Position numbers and translations under genes: made by a program
Notes under the pieces: model-generated
Seen by the model: the letters and a program-made list of their open reading frames with translations, nothing else
The model's database searches: none
What the model was told of the DNA's origin: nothing
Shown: piece after piece, positions 62,573 through 64,000 of the stretch
Position numbering within the stretch: position 1 is the first letter of the stretch
Layout: the number at the start of each line of letters is the position of its first letter
Assembly: GCF_001194135.2 (NCBI RefSeq)
Contig: NC_069000.1
Span: 26,876,657-26,940,656, forward strand
Direction of reading: 5' to 3'
DNA from: Octopus bimaculoides
Taxonomy: Eukaryota
Length of the DNA stretch: 64,000 bases

Positions 62573-63055
62573 ACAAGTATTGACCAATATCCATTCATAT
62601 GATCAATACTAATGATGAACGAAACAATAAAAGATGTAGAATTTTTAGCATGTGACATCTGGAAGCATTTCGCTCATCCCTAAATGAACAAAGCTATNNN
62701 NNNNNNNNNNNNNNNNNNNNNNNNNNNNNNNNNNNNNNNNNNNNNNNNNNNNNNNNNNNNNNNNNNNNNNNNNNNNNNNNNNNNNNNNNNNNNNNNNNNN
62801 NNNNNNNNNNNNNNNNNNNNNNNNNNNNNNNNNNNNNNNNNCTTAGTGTGTCATTCAAAATTTCAAAAAAGGGAAGAATACTACTGCTATTTAGCCCTAG
62901 GAAACACCGTTTCGTGTTGGCCTTGATACATTTCCTGTGTTCTTATATTTTCAAAGGGGAGATATGCAACTCCACTCAGCAAAGCCAACATCCAAAAACT
63001 AGTTTCAGAGTCATTGCTCATCATCAGTCTGGAGTAGCATGGCTTACTAGCTGAA

Positions 63056-64000
63056 TTTTTTTTTTTAAGAAAATAAATGTCACACATAGATGGTACAGCA
63101 CAGGACAACACATACAAAAAAGTTAATACAAGTTTGAATGATCCTTATTTAAAGATTTTAATGAAATGATTAATTTTAATTCATAGCCTTTTTCCTTTTG
63201 GGGAGGGGATTATGCCCGGTTGCCTCAAAGACCCAGCAAGTACCCTTTTCCTTTTTTTTCCAATGCAGATTAAATAGGGTTACTTGCACCTACTTTTCTT
63301 AACACAGCCTTCCATTTTTCCTCAAACACACTTCGCAACAGGATCCTTCTCTCCAGCGCTATCTTGCTCTTCAGATGATATCTGAAGAATTGTAGAAAAC
63401 CAGGGCCAGAGATGAAGTATCTTGTCATGAGTCCTTGCATTCTAGTCTTCCACACACATTCTTTCAGCACAGCAACTGTACATTGAAAACATACCTCACC
63501 TTCCTTCGAGAGTCCAGTTGGCAGTACAATCTTTATTATAGATTCCGCCGATAGCTGTACGCTTCCCAGATGTGACAACATGTGTTCAAAGTAAATCATC
63601 AAGCCTGACAGCTCCCGACAATGTATGAAAATGTGCTGGATGGTTTCATCATCCAGCCCACATCTTGGACATGTCGTTGGCACTGACATTATGTGCCTGG
63701 ATAACTTATCGCAAACAGGTGAAGCATTCCTGTAGCACTGCCAGGTCAGAGATTTTTGGTAATTATCCAAATACTTTGGCCCGAAAGTTTTTTCAAGCAG
63801 GTTGGTAAGTTGGTTCTCATGGAATCCCTGAGCCCCTCCTAGGGTGTCATCATTTTTGTGCTCTACCAGCCCTCTATAGAACACTGAGGTGGTATTCCCA
63901 CTGCCGGCCTGGCCTGTCTTGTGGATAAGCATGAGTGCCTGTCAACACTCCTTTTGCTATTCAGTCAGATTACATTTTTTAATGAAACTGGGTTTAAATC
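63056..64000 (-). mobile_element. Tx1/L1-clade LINE 3' end (zf-RVT CCHC), 3'UTR and poly-A
   Basis: ORF 63270-63932 has LTWQCYRNA and CPRC...ETIQHIFIHC; a T-run at 63056-63066 is the poly-A tail. Confidence 0.85.

Overview
This is eukaryotic, very AT-rich DNA with many microsatellites and assembly gaps (N runs), about 80% of it decayed transposon sequence. The SINE families and RTE tails suggest an octopus/coleoid genome; this is an inference from recognised repeats, not a lookup. Transposon content: (1) about 13 fragments of Penelope-like retroelements (PLEs, Naiad-like RT and GIY-YIG), several with inverted 5' pLTRs; (2) three long RTE LINEs and three CR1/L2-type LINEs; (3) a Tx1/L1 3' end; (4) one Tc1, two maT (DD37D-type) elements and one Buster/Charlie hAT; (5) two tRNA-type SINE families. 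One probable host gene lies on the + strand, with an intact 622-aa giant exon (35977-37845) and candidate flanking exons. The main unannotated signal is RNA structure. At least six recognisable type I hammerhead ribozyme motifs sit in PLE termini, two of them with intact cores and stem I. A two-copy ~200-bp orphan element carries all hammerhead core motifs and stem I covariation, but its three strands are in an order (X-Z-Y) that matches none of types I, II or III. Most ORF-track entries containing X or IYIY/CVCV runs are gap or microsatellite artefacts. All coordinates of decayed elements are approximate.
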